Positions 29,603-39,084 of a stretch of 41,516 nt of DNA are shown here, piece by piece. The notes beneath the pieces were generated by a model, which worked only from the letters and a program-made list of their open reading frames with translations, made no database searches and was not told the origin of the DNA. Position 1 is the stretch's first letter. Every line of letters starts with the position of its first letter. The position numbers and the translations under genes were made by a program. This DNA is from Deltaproteobacteria bacterium (GTDB lineage: Bacteria; Myxococcota_A; UBA9160; SMWR01). The stretch spans positions 1-41,516 of the forward strand of contig JAQBHB010000017.1 in assembly GCA_032128115.1 (NCBI GenBank), read 5' to 3'.

Positions 29603-29630
29603 TGGTGGAGGCGGCGGGAATCGAACTCGC
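29603..29630 (-). ncRNA. ssrA: 3' fragment of tmRNA (or tRNA-Ala-like), probable att-site remnant
   Basis: GCGAGTTCGATTCCCGCCGCCTCCACCA = T-arm + acceptor 3' strand + CCA; no 5' half nearby. Confidence 0.75.
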
Positions 29631-29730
29631 CTTCCGTTCCCCAGTTGAGGTACTCAACGAGAATGTTGCGTTGACCGGTTGAGTCCAAGCCGTTATCGGA
29701 CGTAGAAACCCCGTTATTGTTCCTATGCCC
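29626..29730. repeat. 105-bp direct repeat, copy 2, abutting the tmRNA fragment
   Basis: Matches 27903-28007. Confidence 0.95.
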
Positions 29731-29743
29731 TCCGCGACCGAGG

Positions 29744-30023
29744 CCAGGCGTCGCCGCTCGAGGTGAGCATCGCACTCGCCAACTCCGGGCCGCTCCAGAT
29801 CGAGCTGATCGAGCAGCGAAATGACGCCCCCTCCATGTACCGCGATTTCCTGGCGGCCGGCCGCGTGGGCGCGGGCGGACCCTTCGTCTACTTCGAGACC
29901 GAGTCGCACCCGGGCACGCTGATCGAGCTCTCGGAGATCAGCGGCGCCAAGGGCCGTTTCTTCCAACACATTGCCGAGACCGCCCGCAACTGGGACGGCA
30001 GCGAGCCCGTTCGAAGTCTCTAG
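29744..30023 (+). pseudogene. Duplicated 3' half of the VOC gene with a 96-bp in-frame deletion
   Basis: Aligns to 24093-24458; lacks EGLQHVAY...QSGR (32 aa). Confidence 0.85.
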
Positions 30024-30781
30024 GTGACGAACCCGGGCGCCTGGGGCATCGCGGTCCAGAGTTCTGGATCGTGTCCGAAGAAGATGCGCGCGCCGGCGGC
30101 CTGGAGCCTTCGCAGGCTCGCAAGACTCGCAAGCATCGCGGCGCGGTCGGCCACCACCGAGGGCAGGTGCAGCGTGTCCAGGGTCTGCCGCAGGTAGCAG
30201 GCGTCTGCTGCCAACACCACGTCGCCCGAGTCCAGGCGCACGCGCAGGGATTGGTGCCCGGGCGTGTGGCCGTAGGTGGGCACGCACACCACGCGGCCGT
30301 CGCCGAAGAGATCGTGCTCGCCGTCCACCTGGGTCACCGGGTGCCCCAGGTCGTAGTCCCGGGAGTCGAAGTAGTTCGCCACCGCGAGATCCGGATCGGC
30401 CGCCGTCTCCCATTCCCGCCGCTGCACCACGAGGGTCGCGTTCGGGATCTGGCTGTTGCCGCCGGCGTGATCGAAGTGCAGGTGTGAGTTCACCAGGTAG
30501 CGGACCCGGCCCGCATCCACGTCGCACGCGGCCAGTCGCGCGGAGACTTCCTGGCCGGGCTCGTAGTCCACCTGGAAGAGGCTCCCGGCAACGCCCAGTC
30601 GTGCTACCGGGTCGGTCTGGGTGTCCACGTGCAGTCCGCTGTCGAACAGCACGGTTCCCTCCGGGTGCTCGATCAGGTAGCTCGGCACGGGCACGCGGAG
30701 CACACCTTCTTCGCCCTCGAGGAACAGGCCCCGCGGTCCCGTGAGCCACCCGCAGGTCATGGCGCGCAGACGCGGGCTCAC
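30020..30781 (-). CDS. N-acyl homoserine lactonase family metallo-beta-lactamase
   Basis: LFDSG, SHLHFDHAG (HxHxDH), GHTPGHQS, ADAC, GHD; GTGA overlap start. Confidence 0.9.
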   Translation of the reverse strand: MSPRLRAMTCGWLTGPRGLFLEGEEGVLRVPVPSYLIEHPEGTVLFDSGLHVDTQTDPVARLGVAGSLFQVDYEPGQEVSARLAACDVDAGRVRYLVNSHLHFDHAGGNSQIPNATLVVQRREWETAADPDLAVANYFDSRDYDLGHPVTQVDGEHDLFGDGRVVCVPTYGHTPGHQSLRVRLDSGDVVLAADACYLRQTLDTLHLPSVVADRAAMLASLASLRRLQAAGARIFFGHDPELWTAMPQAPGFVT

Positions 30782-31551
30782 GGGCGCGCACCGAGAACCG
30801 GCGCAGCGGGCACGAGTTGGAACTTCCGGATGCGCGAAGCCAGGGTGGTGGGGTTGAGGCCGAGAAGCCGCGCGGCTCCGTCCTTGCCGTAGAGCTTGCC
30901 GCGACAACGCTCGAGGGCGGCGCGGGTGTTCGCGCGTTCGAGATCCCGCATCTGGTTTTCGGTCAGGATCGAAGCCGCCGTCTGCACCTGGGCCGACTCC
31001 AGCACCGCGCTGCGCAGCCAGGTGTTCTCGGCGTCGAGGGCCCGGCGACGGCGCTCGAGGTCGGCGAAGGCGCGACCGCGCTCGAGGGCCGCCGCCGTGT
31101 GGGCAGCCACCGTAACGAGCGACGCCAGGGCGGGACGATCCACGGGCCGGCGCCGGAAGACCGCCACCACGCCCAGGCAATCACCCCGCGCCAGCAGGGG
31201 CGCCGCGCCGAAGCCCACCACGCCCTCGCCCCGGGCCCAGTCACGATGGGCGCGCCAGCTGGGATCGCCCTGGGGATTCTCGATCCGGAGCGGTTCGCGA
31301 GTCGTCACCAGCCGACCCAGGATTCCTTCGGCAGGCGGCGCGAGCCCGAACGCCTCGCCGGGATCCCCCGGGTGATCGCCGTGAGGGGCCCCTGCGCTCG
31401 CCGCCTGGCGAAGCCTTGGCCCCTCGCACAGCCACAGACGCGCCAGGCAGGTTCCCGGCGCCGCCGCCAGCCAGGCCACACAACGTTCCAGTGCAGCGGC
31501 GGGTGAGCGTTCACCGGCCAGGCCGATGCTGAACTGGTGGAGAGACTCCAT
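30778..31551 (-). CDS. GAF + Fis-type HTH regulator (FhlA-like, lacking AAA+ domain)
   Basis: GAF, LDAENTWLR coil, then directly ERAN..AAL..KLYGKDGAARLLGLNPTTLASRI. Confidence 0.82.
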   Translation of the reverse strand: MESLHQFSIGLAGERSPAAALERCVAWLAAAPGTCLARLWLCEGPRLRQAASAGAPHGDHPGDPGEAFGLAPPAEGILGRLVTTREPLRIENPQGDPSWRAHRDWARGEGVVGFGAAPLLARGDCLGVVAVFRRRPVDRPALASLVTVAAHTAAALERGRAFADLERRRRALDAENTWLRSAVLESAQVQTAASILTENQMRDLERANTRAALERCRGKLYGKDGAARLLGLNPTTLASRIRKFQLVPAAPVLGARP

Positions 31552-31565
31552 CCGGAATAGATGCA

Positions 31566-31599
31566 TGAAATTTCGTTCTCGTGCAACGATATTTCGTTG
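31566..31599. promoter_or_regulatory. Tandem palindromic operator candidates
   Basis: TGAAATTTCGT and CAACGA-TATT-TCGTTG, 21 bp apart, directly upstream of the regulator. Confidence 0.55.
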
Positions 31600-31619
31600 T
31601 AACTCCATAACTACTCGAT

Positions 31620-32429
31620 CTAGCAGCCCTTCCAGACGGGTTTTCGCTTCTCGGCGAAGGCCCGTGTGGCCTCGGCAGCGTCTTGCGTCTTGCGAAGCGG
31701 CGCGCCGATCTCCTCCTGGCGCCGGTAGGCCTCCTCGAGCGACAGGCTCAGCAGCTCACGCACGCCGCGTCGGGTCTCGCGCACCGCCAGCGGGGCGTTG
31801 GCAGCGATCGCGTCCGCCGTGGCGAGCGCGGTGGCCAGCAGCTCGCCGGGCGGCACCACGCGATTCACGAGCCCGATGGCGGCAGCGCGCTCCGCATCCA
31901 GGGGACGGGCGGTCAGCATCAATTCGAAGGCGTGCACCCAGCCCACCTGCCGGGGCAGCAGGACCGTGGCGTTTCCGGTGGGGTAGAGGCCGAGCCCCAC
32001 CTCTTCCAGGGCGAAGGTCGCTTCGGGCACCGCGAAGCGGATCTCGGAGGCCAGCATCAGATCGAGACCGCCAGCCCGGGCGTGACCATTGACGGCGCAC
32101 ACGAGCGGCGTGCGGAGATCGAAGCCCGCCAAGAGCGCGGTCGACACTGAACGCAGGCCCTCGAAATCCTCCGGATCGATGCGCTCGCCCCGGGCCAGGC
32201 GCTGAGACGCGGGGATCGTGGTCGCGAGATCCATCCCCGAGCAGAAGACGCGATCGCCCGCGCCCGTGAGCACGGCGGCGCGGATGTCGTCGTCTTCCGC
32301 AATGCGACGCCAGGCGCTCGCGAGCTCTCGGAGCGTGGCCGGATCGAGCGAATTGGCGCGCTCGGGCCGGTCGATGGTGACCAGTGCCACGTGGGGATGA
32401 TCTTCGGGAAGCTCGAACTGGGCAGGCAT
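31620..32429 (-). CDS. Enoyl-CoA hydratase/isomerase
   Basis: FCSGMDL, AVNGHARAGG, AFAEKRKPVW. Confidence 0.93.
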   Translation of the reverse strand: MPAQFELPEDHPHVALVTIDRPERANSLDPATLRELASAWRRIAEDDDIRAAVLTGAGDRVFCSGMDLATTIPASQRLARGERIDPEDFEGLRSVSTALLAGFDLRTPLVCAVNGHARAGGLDLMLASEIRFAVPEATFALEEVGLGLYPTGNATVLLPRQVGWVHAFELMLTARPLDAERAAAIGLVNRVVPPGELLATALATADAIAANAPLAVRETRRGVRELLSLSLEEAYRRQEEIGAPLRKTQDAAEATRAFAEKRKPVWKGC

Positions 32430-32442
32430 TCGGTTCTCCGTG

Positions 32443-34308
32443 TCAGTCGGACTCGTCGAGCTCGATCACCACCCACACCCGCTGGCCCCGGGCGCGCAGG
32501 TGAATGTTGTCGTCGCGCAGCCGGGCCCGGCCCTCGCGCAACCAGGTGTCGACGGTGGGGTGGCCCACGCGACCGTCGCGCGGGTGGGGGGGTGCCGCGT
32601 CGATCACCAGCGATCGCACACCGCGCTGGCGGAGCAGCGCCAGGGCCTCATCCGGCGGCGTGGCGGGCTCGTGCATTCGCACGCCACCGCGGCTCCCCCG
32701 GAGCTCCTGGAACACGAGTTCCCCGTTGCGCTCCCACAACAGGTTGTAGACGGGACGCGTCATCCAATGCACCGCGCCCATGGGGATCGCCACCACCGGC
32801 TCGGCCCCGGCCACCACCTGGCGCAACGCCATCTGGTCGGGGAAAACGTTCTCACGATAGGCGTCCGGGCGGGGCAGTGCCGCGATCCTGGCGGCGTAGC
32901 GCTCGCCGAGCTGCCCCGCCTGTTGCACCGCCACCATGCCGATCGACACCACCACCACCGCCTGCGCAAGCTTCCCCGAGCGCGCCAGGCGCGCACCGCC
33001 CACTGCGGCGGCAACTCCCGCAAAGGCCAGCGTGGGCATGCCAAAGCGAAGCGCCGGCATGGACACGAACTGCAGCACGAAGAGCACCGCCAGCGTGATC
33101 GTCAGCACCGCAGTCGCGCGCGTCATGCGGTGGAGCGCCAGCGGAGCCAGCGCCAACGGCAGGGGGCCCACGAGTCCGCCCACGTGGGGATTGCGCCCGA
33201 CCTGGATGGCAGCCACGTACTGCAGGAAACCGCGGATGCCCGGGTCGAACGCAACGTCCGTCGAGAGCCGGAAACGGCGCAGCGCCAACAGGCGCTCGCT
33301 GGTGGGGCCCGTGCCCAGCCAGTCGCCGAAGAACGGGAAGAAGGGGTTGCCCGTGGTGAGCCCCGTCTTCACGAGCCAGGGCGACACCAGTACCAGAACG
33401 CACGCGCCGGCCTGCACCAGGGTTCGCATCGGCGGGCGACGACCGCCGAGCATCACCAGGATCAGGACGACCGGACACAGCACGAAGGCGTGAAGCTTCG
33501 CATTGGCCACGAACGCCAGGCACAGGGCCGACACCCACAGGGCGTTGCGTTCTCCCGTGCGATTCCAGCGGTCGGCAAACAGCAACGCCGTGAACCCGTA
33601 GGCACCCACGGCCAGATCCACGTAGGTGGTGGGAGCCCCATCGAGGGGTGACGTCACCAGGGGCAACGTGAGTGTCAGCAGACCCGCCAACGATCCGGCT
33701 CCTGGCGAGGCGCGACGGGTGGCCTCGGCACGGATCCCGGCAGCCAGGGCCAGGGCAAAGCACGCGGAGATGGCCGCCGCTGCGTCCGGCCGGCCCGCGG
33801 CCACGGCCGGCAGGTAGAGCAGATCCACGCCCGCGCGAAACTCCGCGTCGATCTGGGCCGGCAGCGCGCGGATCGGCCCGCTCGACCAGGCCTCGATCAT
33901 GGGCAGGTGGTATTCGAAGCCATCCCATCCGGTCTCGGGCCCCAGGGCCGCGAGCCAGCTGAGCAGGGCCGCCACCAGCGCCAGCGCATCGACACCGCGC
34001 ACCCAGGGCTTGCGCCCCGGTGTCCGGGGCGTTGGCGACGCCCCGAACGCGGGGGGGCGCCAACGCGGAATCGCCAGCGCGGCCACGGCCGCACACCCCA
34101 GCAGGGGAATCGGCACGTCCAGCAGACGAAGCCCGAGGATCGCGAGCGAGGCAAACCCGCTCCCCAGCACGAAGGCCAGTCCCAGACGCTCGGCCCCGCG
34201 CGGGGCCAATCCCAGTGGGCGCAGCAGCCACAGACCCACTGCGACACAGGCCAGGGCCGGCAGCGCTCCGGCCAGGCCGAGCTGCACGATCTCGAGCACA
34301 CTTCTCAC
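32443..34308 (-). CDS. Polytopic membrane protein, GT-C/ArnT-like glycosyltransferase candidate
   Basis: Many TMs, WDGFEYHLP, TGNPFFPF; GTGA overlap start inferred. Confidence 0.65.
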   Translation of the reverse strand: MRSVLEIVQLGLAGALPALACVAVGLWLLRPLGLAPRGAERLGLAFVLGSGFASLAILGLRLLDVPIPLLGCAAVAALAIPRWRPPAFGASPTPRTPGRKPWVRGVDALALVAALLSWLAALGPETGWDGFEYHLPMIEAWSSGPIRALPAQIDAEFRAGVDLLYLPAVAAGRPDAAAAISACFALALAAGIRAEATRRASPGAGSLAGLLTLTLPLVTSPLDGAPTTYVDLAVGAYGFTALLFADRWNRTGERNALWVSALCLAFVANAKLHAFVLCPVVLILVMLGGRRPPMRTLVQAGACVLVLVSPWLVKTGLTTGNPFFPFFGDWLGTGPTSERLLALRRFRLSTDVAFDPGIRGFLQYVAAIQVGRNPHVGGLVGPLPLALAPLALHRMTRATAVLTITLAVLFVLQFVSMPALRFGMPTLAFAGVAAAVGGARLARSGKLAQAVVVVSIGMVAVQQAGQLGERYAARIAALPRPDAYRENVFPDQMALRQVVAGAEPVVAIPMGAVHWMTRPVYNLLWERNGELVFQELRGSRGGVRMHEPATPPDEALALLRQRGVRSLVIDAAPPHPRDGRVGHPTVDTWLREGRARLRDDNIHLRARGQRVWVVIELDESD

Positions 34309-34433
34309 GGAGCGGGATCGACCCCCAGGATGTGCACCACCAGGTAGGCCCCGACGGCGATCACCAGCCACAGAAGGGCCAATGCCAGTCGTGCACCCGC
34401 CAGGGGCTCGGGCCTCGGCTCGCGATTCGTCAC
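34305..34433 (-). CDS. Small single-TM protein
   Basis: Hydrophobic LALALLWLVIAVGAYLVVHIL; stop overlaps next start. Confidence 0.4.
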   Translation of the reverse strand: MTNREPRPEPLAGARLALALLWLVIAVGAYLVVHILGVDPAP

Positions 34434-34530
34434 GCGGCGCAGTCTGACAGAACCGAACCGGGCTGGGGAGTCGAGGTCAGGCGTCCCTGTAGCCGTATCG
34501 GGGCCCAGCTCGTATTCATCTCGACGCCCC

Positions 34531-35496
34531 ATGCGAATTCCCGCTCTCCCTGCCCATTCGAAGCCGATCCGCGCCGCCGTGACGGCCACACTGGTCGTGG
34601 CGCTGGCGCTCCAGGCGGCAGCCGAGCCGCGCCGCCAGAACGGATTCGTCATCGAAGGGGCCTCGATCCCCCCGGACGAGATCCTCGTGGGCGTCCCCGA
34701 GCGCGACAGGATCCCCGCCCTGATCGCGCCCGATTTCGTCCGCGCCGACGCTTCACCCTGGCGCGACGACGACCTGGTGATCGGGGTTGCGTTGCACGGC
34801 GAGGCCCGCGCCTACCCCATCGACATCCTGATCTGGCACGAATTGGTGAACGACACCCTGGGCGGGCGGGCGATCCTCGTCTCCTACTGTCCACTTTGCG
34901 GTACGGGAATCGTCTTCGATCGCCGCATCGGCGAGCAGGTGCGCAGCTTCGGCGTTTCAGGCCTGCTCTACCGATCTGACCTGCTGCTCTATGACCGCGA
35001 GACCGAGAGCCTGTGGTCGCAGATCTCGTCGGAGGCCATCACCGGGCCGTCACAGGGACAGCGCCTCACCCAGCTGCGGGCGCGCGTGCTGCCCTGGGGC
35101 CAGTGGCGTGAGAAGCACCCGGAGACCACGGTGCTCAGCCGCAACACGGGCCACGTGCGCAGCTACGGCCGCTCGCCCTACGGAGACTACGAGCGCTCGT
35201 CGAAGCTCTACTACCCGGCGCCCCGCGACGATCGCTACCACCCGAAGAGCCCCACATTGGGGATCCGGATTCCAGGCGGCGCCGCCCGCGCGTACCCGTC
35301 GGAGGAGGTGACACGCGCCGGGGGATCGGTGGGAGAGTCTTTCCAGGGCCGCGACGTCCGGGTCCAGTACGACCCGGAACATCGCGTCTTCCTGGTGGAG
35401 GCCCCCGACGACCTGGAGGTGGTCGAGGGATTCTGGTTTGCGTGGGTGGCATTCCACCCCCACACGAGCGTATTTCAGGCGCCTCGGAAACGCTGA
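34531..35496 (+). CDS. DUF3179 domain protein (exported)
   Basis: DRIPAL..P.F, WHELVND, SYCPLCGTG, FGVSGLLY, FWFAW..FHP. Confidence 0.88.
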   Translation: MRIPALPAHSKPIRAAVTATLVVALALQAAAEPRRQNGFVIEGASIPPDEILVGVPERDRIPALIAPDFVRADASPWRDDDLVIGVALHGEARAYPIDILIWHELVNDTLGGRAILVSYCPLCGTGIVFDRRIGEQVRSFGVSGLLYRSDLLLYDRETESLWSQISSEAITGPSQGQRLTQLRARVLPWGQWREKHPETTVLSRNTGHVRSYGRSPYGDYERSSKLYYPAPRDDRYHPKSPTLGIRIPGGAARAYPSEEVTRAGGSVGESFQGRDVRVQYDPEHRVFLVEAPDDLEVVEGFWFAWVAFHPHTSVFQAPRKR

Positions 35497-35505
35497 CGAT
35501 TCGGA

Positions 35506-36063
35506 TTATTTCTTCTTCGGAATGTTGAAGAAGGGCATGACCGGGAAGATGCCGTTGTCGGCGAAGTTCAGGAAGCCGATCTGCAGGCTCTCGATGTGGT
35601 TCGTGATGTTGACGAACCCCAGCTGAACCTTCGACCTCTTGGAGATCGCCATTCCGCTGACGTCGACGTTGCTGTATCCCTCGGTCACGTTGACGAAGCC
35701 GATGTTCACACCGCTCCTCAGCGACTCGACGCTGTTGATGAACGCCGCATTCACGCTGGTGTCTTCGCCCGAGTGGATGTTGACGAAGCTGCTGGCCAGG
35801 CCGGACGACTTCCCGGTGACCCTTCCCACCCCCCAGATCATGCTGAAACCGGACGCATTCGCCGCTTCGCTGAAGGAGGCGATTCCCAGGTCGAAGCCGC
35901 TCACCTTCATGTTCTTGGCGTAGAAGAGCGCGATTCGAAAACCGCTCACATCCGGGTCCGAAGGAGCCTGTGCGCCCGCGGCAGAGAACTGAAACGACGT
36001 CTCACCCGCGGCAGGCGTGGCAAGCAGACAGAGAACTGAGAGAGAAAGGGCCAGTCGACGCAT
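35506..36063 (-). CDS. Exported repeat protein (VC2662/LA_2272-like)
   Basis: Signal peptide, GVNIGFVN/QLGFVN/QIGFLN repeats; GAGGAG RBS. Confidence 0.75.
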   Translation of the reverse strand: MRRLALSLSVLCLLATPAAGETSFQFSAAGAQAPSDPDVSGFRIALFYAKNMKVSGFDLGIASFSEAANASGFSMIWGVGRVTGKSSGLASSFVNIHSGEDTSVNAAFINSVESLRSGVNIGFVNVTEGYSNVDVSGMAISKRSKVQLGFVNITNHIESLQIGFLNFADNGIFPVMPFFNIPKKK

Positions 36064-36150
36064 TGTCGATCTCCTCGAAGTGACCCCGTCCGAAGGGAGC
36101 CGCGCCATGCGGTAGCACAACCAACGGGAGTCAACTAGCTCTGGCCGCCC

Positions 36151-37158
36151 CTAGGCCGCCCGCAGCTCTTCCATATACGCCTCGCGCTCCGCGTCGCTCG
36201 CGAAGGGGAAGCTGCAGAGCAGGCGGTCGATGATGCCGCCATGGCGCTCGCTCAAGGCCTTCACCACACCCCCGGGTTGCGCCACGATGGCGAATTCCTC
36301 GAGCATCTCGTCGCTGATGCGCTCGCCCATGGCGACCCACTCGCCCCGTTTGGACAGAGCGTTGAGCTCGCCCTGGAGTTCTCCCCAGCCATGCTGCTCG
36401 AGCACGCCGCGATAGGCGGGCGTCGAGCCATAGAACGCGATCTGCCGCGTCACCGCCGTGCGGGCCTGCTCCCACTCCTTTTCGTTTTTCCCGGTCACCA
36501 CGAACGCCGGGTAGCTGAGCTGGAAGTCGCTGCGCGCACGTCCCCCGGCGATCAGCCCGCGCTCGAGGGCCGGGAGCGTCACGTTCTCGAGGTAACGCCT
36601 CGTGGTGAAGGCGTGCACGATCATGCCGTCGGCCACCTCCCCCGCCACCTCGGTCATGCGCGGTCCCACCGCGGCCAGCATCACCCGGGGCGGGCCGAAG
36701 GGATTGTTGCTGGGGGTGAACATGGGCGTCATCAGCGTGTGAGTGTAGAAATTGCCGCGGAAGTCGAGTTTTTCGCCCTGGTACCAGCAGTCCCAGATGG
36801 CTCGCATGGCCAGGATGAACTCGCGCATGCGCGCCGCCGGCTGCGACCACGGCATGCTGAAGCGCCTGGTGATGTGGGGCTTGATCTGGGAGCCCAGCCC
36901 CAGGACGAATCGCCCCTTCGAGAACGCCTGCAGATCATTGCTCAGGTTGGCCACGATCATCGGATTGCGGGAGAAGGCCACCGCGATCGAGGTCATGAGC
37001 TCGATGCGTTCGCTGTGCTCGGCGGCGAGCAGCAGCGGAAAGAACGGATCCGCGCTCATCTCGGCGGTCACCACGCCGTCGTAGCCCTGGGCCTCGAACT
37101 CCCGGATGCGCTCGGGCACCTCCGCCAGCGATTCCATCAATCCGGCATCGATCTTCAT
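36151..37158 (-). CDS. F420-dependent LLM oxidoreductase (TIGR03617-like)
   Basis: AVAFSRNP, GLGSQIKPHITRRFSMPW, YTHTLMTP.F, FYGSTPAY. Confidence 0.9.
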   Translation of the reverse strand: MKIDAGLMESLAEVPERIREFEAQGYDGVVTAEMSADPFFPLLLAAEHSERIELMTSIAVAFSRNPMIVANLSNDLQAFSKGRFVLGLGSQIKPHITRRFSMPWSQPAARMREFILAMRAIWDCWYQGEKLDFRGNFYTHTLMTPMFTPSNNPFGPPRVMLAAVGPRMTEVAGEVADGMIVHAFTTRRYLENVTLPALERGLIAGGRARSDFQLSYPAFVVTGKNEKEWEQARTAVTRQIAFYGSTPAYRGVLEQHGWGELQGELNALSKRGEWVAMGERISDEMLEEFAIVAQPGGVVKALSERHGGIIDRLLCSFPFASDAEREAYMEELRAA

Positions 37159-37961
37159 GAGGTCTCCTTCCATGCGCGTTCGCCGGGCTTGGGCGGGTCG
37201 GCCGGGCCCCCGGCAAAACACTGGGCAATCGACATCCAATGGCTGGCCGTGTCGCCCACCACCTGCAGGGCCGTGTCGGCGATGTTGCGCCCCTGGGTCA
37301 CTACGCGGCAGAACTCGAGCGCGTCTCCCTCGACCCGATTTTCGTGGTTCGACTCGTTCCACTCCCAGATCGCACCCGACGGCGCAACCAGTCGCACGTG
37401 GGGCGGATCGCCTGGCACGGAAAGCCCGCGGTTGGCGAAGGTCCACCCGAAGGTCTTGAGCCCCAATACCGCGATGTTGCGAATGCGGTCGCTGTGGCGG
37501 CGCGGCACCCGCATCAGGTCGTAGATGTCCTGGCCGTGGGCCCAGGTCTCCATGTAGCGGGCCGTGGTGAACATGCGCACGCCCATGTCGGGTCCGAACC
37601 ACGGCAGTCGCCGTTTGGGATCGGAGTTCCCCAACTGCTCGGCCATCTCGTGGCAGGTTTCGATCCACTGCTCGAGCAGATCCGCCGCAGCAAGTGCGCC
37701 CAGCTCGTCGCGGGTCTGGTCGGCGCCGCTCACACCGGCGGCCATCTTGCGGATCAGCTGCACACGCCTCTCGGCGAAGGCGTCCGCGTCCGTCAGCGAC
37801 AGCAGCGAGACCCGATCGAAGAAATGCAGATGCGCCACCACGTCCCACGGCGTCCAGCCGAGAAAGGGCGTGACGCGACCCCAATCGTCTTCGCTCAGGA
37901 TCGTGAGGAAGGCGTGCAGTTCATCGGCCTCGGCGCGCAGATCCAGGCTCTCCTGCAGCAT
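37155..37961 (-). CDS. TIGR03084-like metal-binding protein (MDMPI/DinB superfamily)
   Basis: VVAHL, TARYMETWAHGQD, AQCFAG. Confidence 0.85.
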   Translation of the reverse strand: MLQESLDLRAEADELHAFLTILSEDDWGRVTPFLGWTPWDVVAHLHFFDRVSLLSLTDADAFAERRVQLIRKMAAGVSGADQTRDELGALAAADLLEQWIETCHEMAEQLGNSDPKRRLPWFGPDMGVRMFTTARYMETWAHGQDIYDLMRVPRRHSDRIRNIAVLGLKTFGWTFANRGLSVPGDPPHVRLVAPSGAIWEWNESNHENRVEGDALEFCRVVTQGRNIADTALQVVGDTASHWMSIAQCFAGGPADPPKPGERAWKETS

Positions 37962-37981
37962 GGTGTGTCTCCTCTTGGGTC

Positions 37982-39079
37982 TCAGGACATCCAGCCCTGG
38001 ATTCGGGCGGCCTGCTCGCGCAGGGCTTCGGGCGCGCCGAGCAACTGTCGATCGACGCCAACCCGTTTGAACCAGTAGTGCAGATTCTGCTCGTCGGTGA
38101 AGCCGATGCCCCCGTGCACTTCGGTGGCGGTGCGCACGATGAACGGCCCGATCTCCGAGAGGTGGGCCTTGGCATGGCACGCCATCAGCGAAGCCTCCTC
38201 CGGCATCGTGTCGAAGGCGTGGGCCGCGTACCAGACCAGCGATCGCGCCGGCTCGAGCTCGGTCACCATCTCGGCACACAGGTGCTTCACGGCCTGGTAC
38301 GAGCCGATCACGCGATCGAACTGTTTTCGCTGCATGGCATAGGCCACGGCCAGCTCGATGGCGCGCTCGCTCGCCCCCAGGATGTCGGCGGCCAGGATCA
38401 CCCGGCCGGCGTCGAGCAGGCGCCGCGTCGCTTCGCCCGCCGAGCCCCTCTCGCCGATCCACTCCGCCACTGGGGTGCCCTCGAAGGCCAGCTCGGCGAA
38501 GCCGCGTGTGCGATCGATGGTGGAAAGGCGCGTCGTGGTGAGCCCCGGCGCCTGGGCACCCACCAGGGCCAGACTCCCGCCGTCCTCGGCGGGAACCAGG
38601 AAGAAGTCGGCATCCGGGCCGCCCTCCACCATGAGGGCGAGACCGTGGAGACGGCCGTCCTTCTCGTGTAGACCCGCGCCGTCGCGTTTCGATACCAACT
38701 CGTTGGCGGCCACGGCGATCCGGCAGCCGCCCGTGGCGAGCTGCGGCAAGAGTCTTGCCTGCTGCTCGGCGCTGCCGGCAGCGAGCAGCGCAATCGGCGC
38801 CATCACGGCGCACCCGAGGAAGGGGCCTGGCGCCACGCCCCACGCCAACGACTCGGCGGCCACCGCGGCATCGAGCAGGGTCAGGCCGCTGCCGCCGTGC
38901 TCCTCGGGGATCAGCAATCCCGCCACCCCAAGCTCGCAGAGCGCCTTCCAGCTGCCCCCGTCTCGGCCCGCCTGCTCGGCCACGATCTCGCGCACGCGCG
39001 TGACGGGACACTCCGCTTCCAGATAGCGCCGCAGGCTCTCGGCCAGCAGGTTCTGCTCTTCGGAGAGGGCGAAATCCAT
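37982..39079 (-). CDS. Acyl-CoA dehydrogenase (partner subunit)
   Basis: RKQFDRVIGSYQAVKH, VHGGIGFT.E. Confidence 0.92.
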   Translation of the reverse strand: MDFALSEEQNLLAESLRRYLEAECPVTRVREIVAEQAGRDGGSWKALCELGVAGLLIPEEHGGSGLTLLDAAVAAESLAWGVAPGPFLGCAVMAPIALLAAGSAEQQARLLPQLATGGCRIAVAANELVSKRDGAGLHEKDGRLHGLALMVEGGPDADFFLVPAEDGGSLALVGAQAPGLTTTRLSTIDRTRGFAELAFEGTPVAEWIGERGSAGEATRRLLDAGRVILAADILGASERAIELAVAYAMQRKQFDRVIGSYQAVKHLCAEMVTELEPARSLVWYAAHAFDTMPEEASLMACHAKAHLSEIGPFIVRTATEVHGGIGFTDEQNLHYWFKRVGVDRQLLGAPEALREQAARIQGWMS

Positions 39080-39084
39080 GGCGC

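Noticed and set aside
29603..29960. Intact tmRNA gene
   Set aside because: Only 28 nt of the 3' end present; upstream is the repeat and VOC remnant, with no GGGGGCG 5' strand or tag ORF
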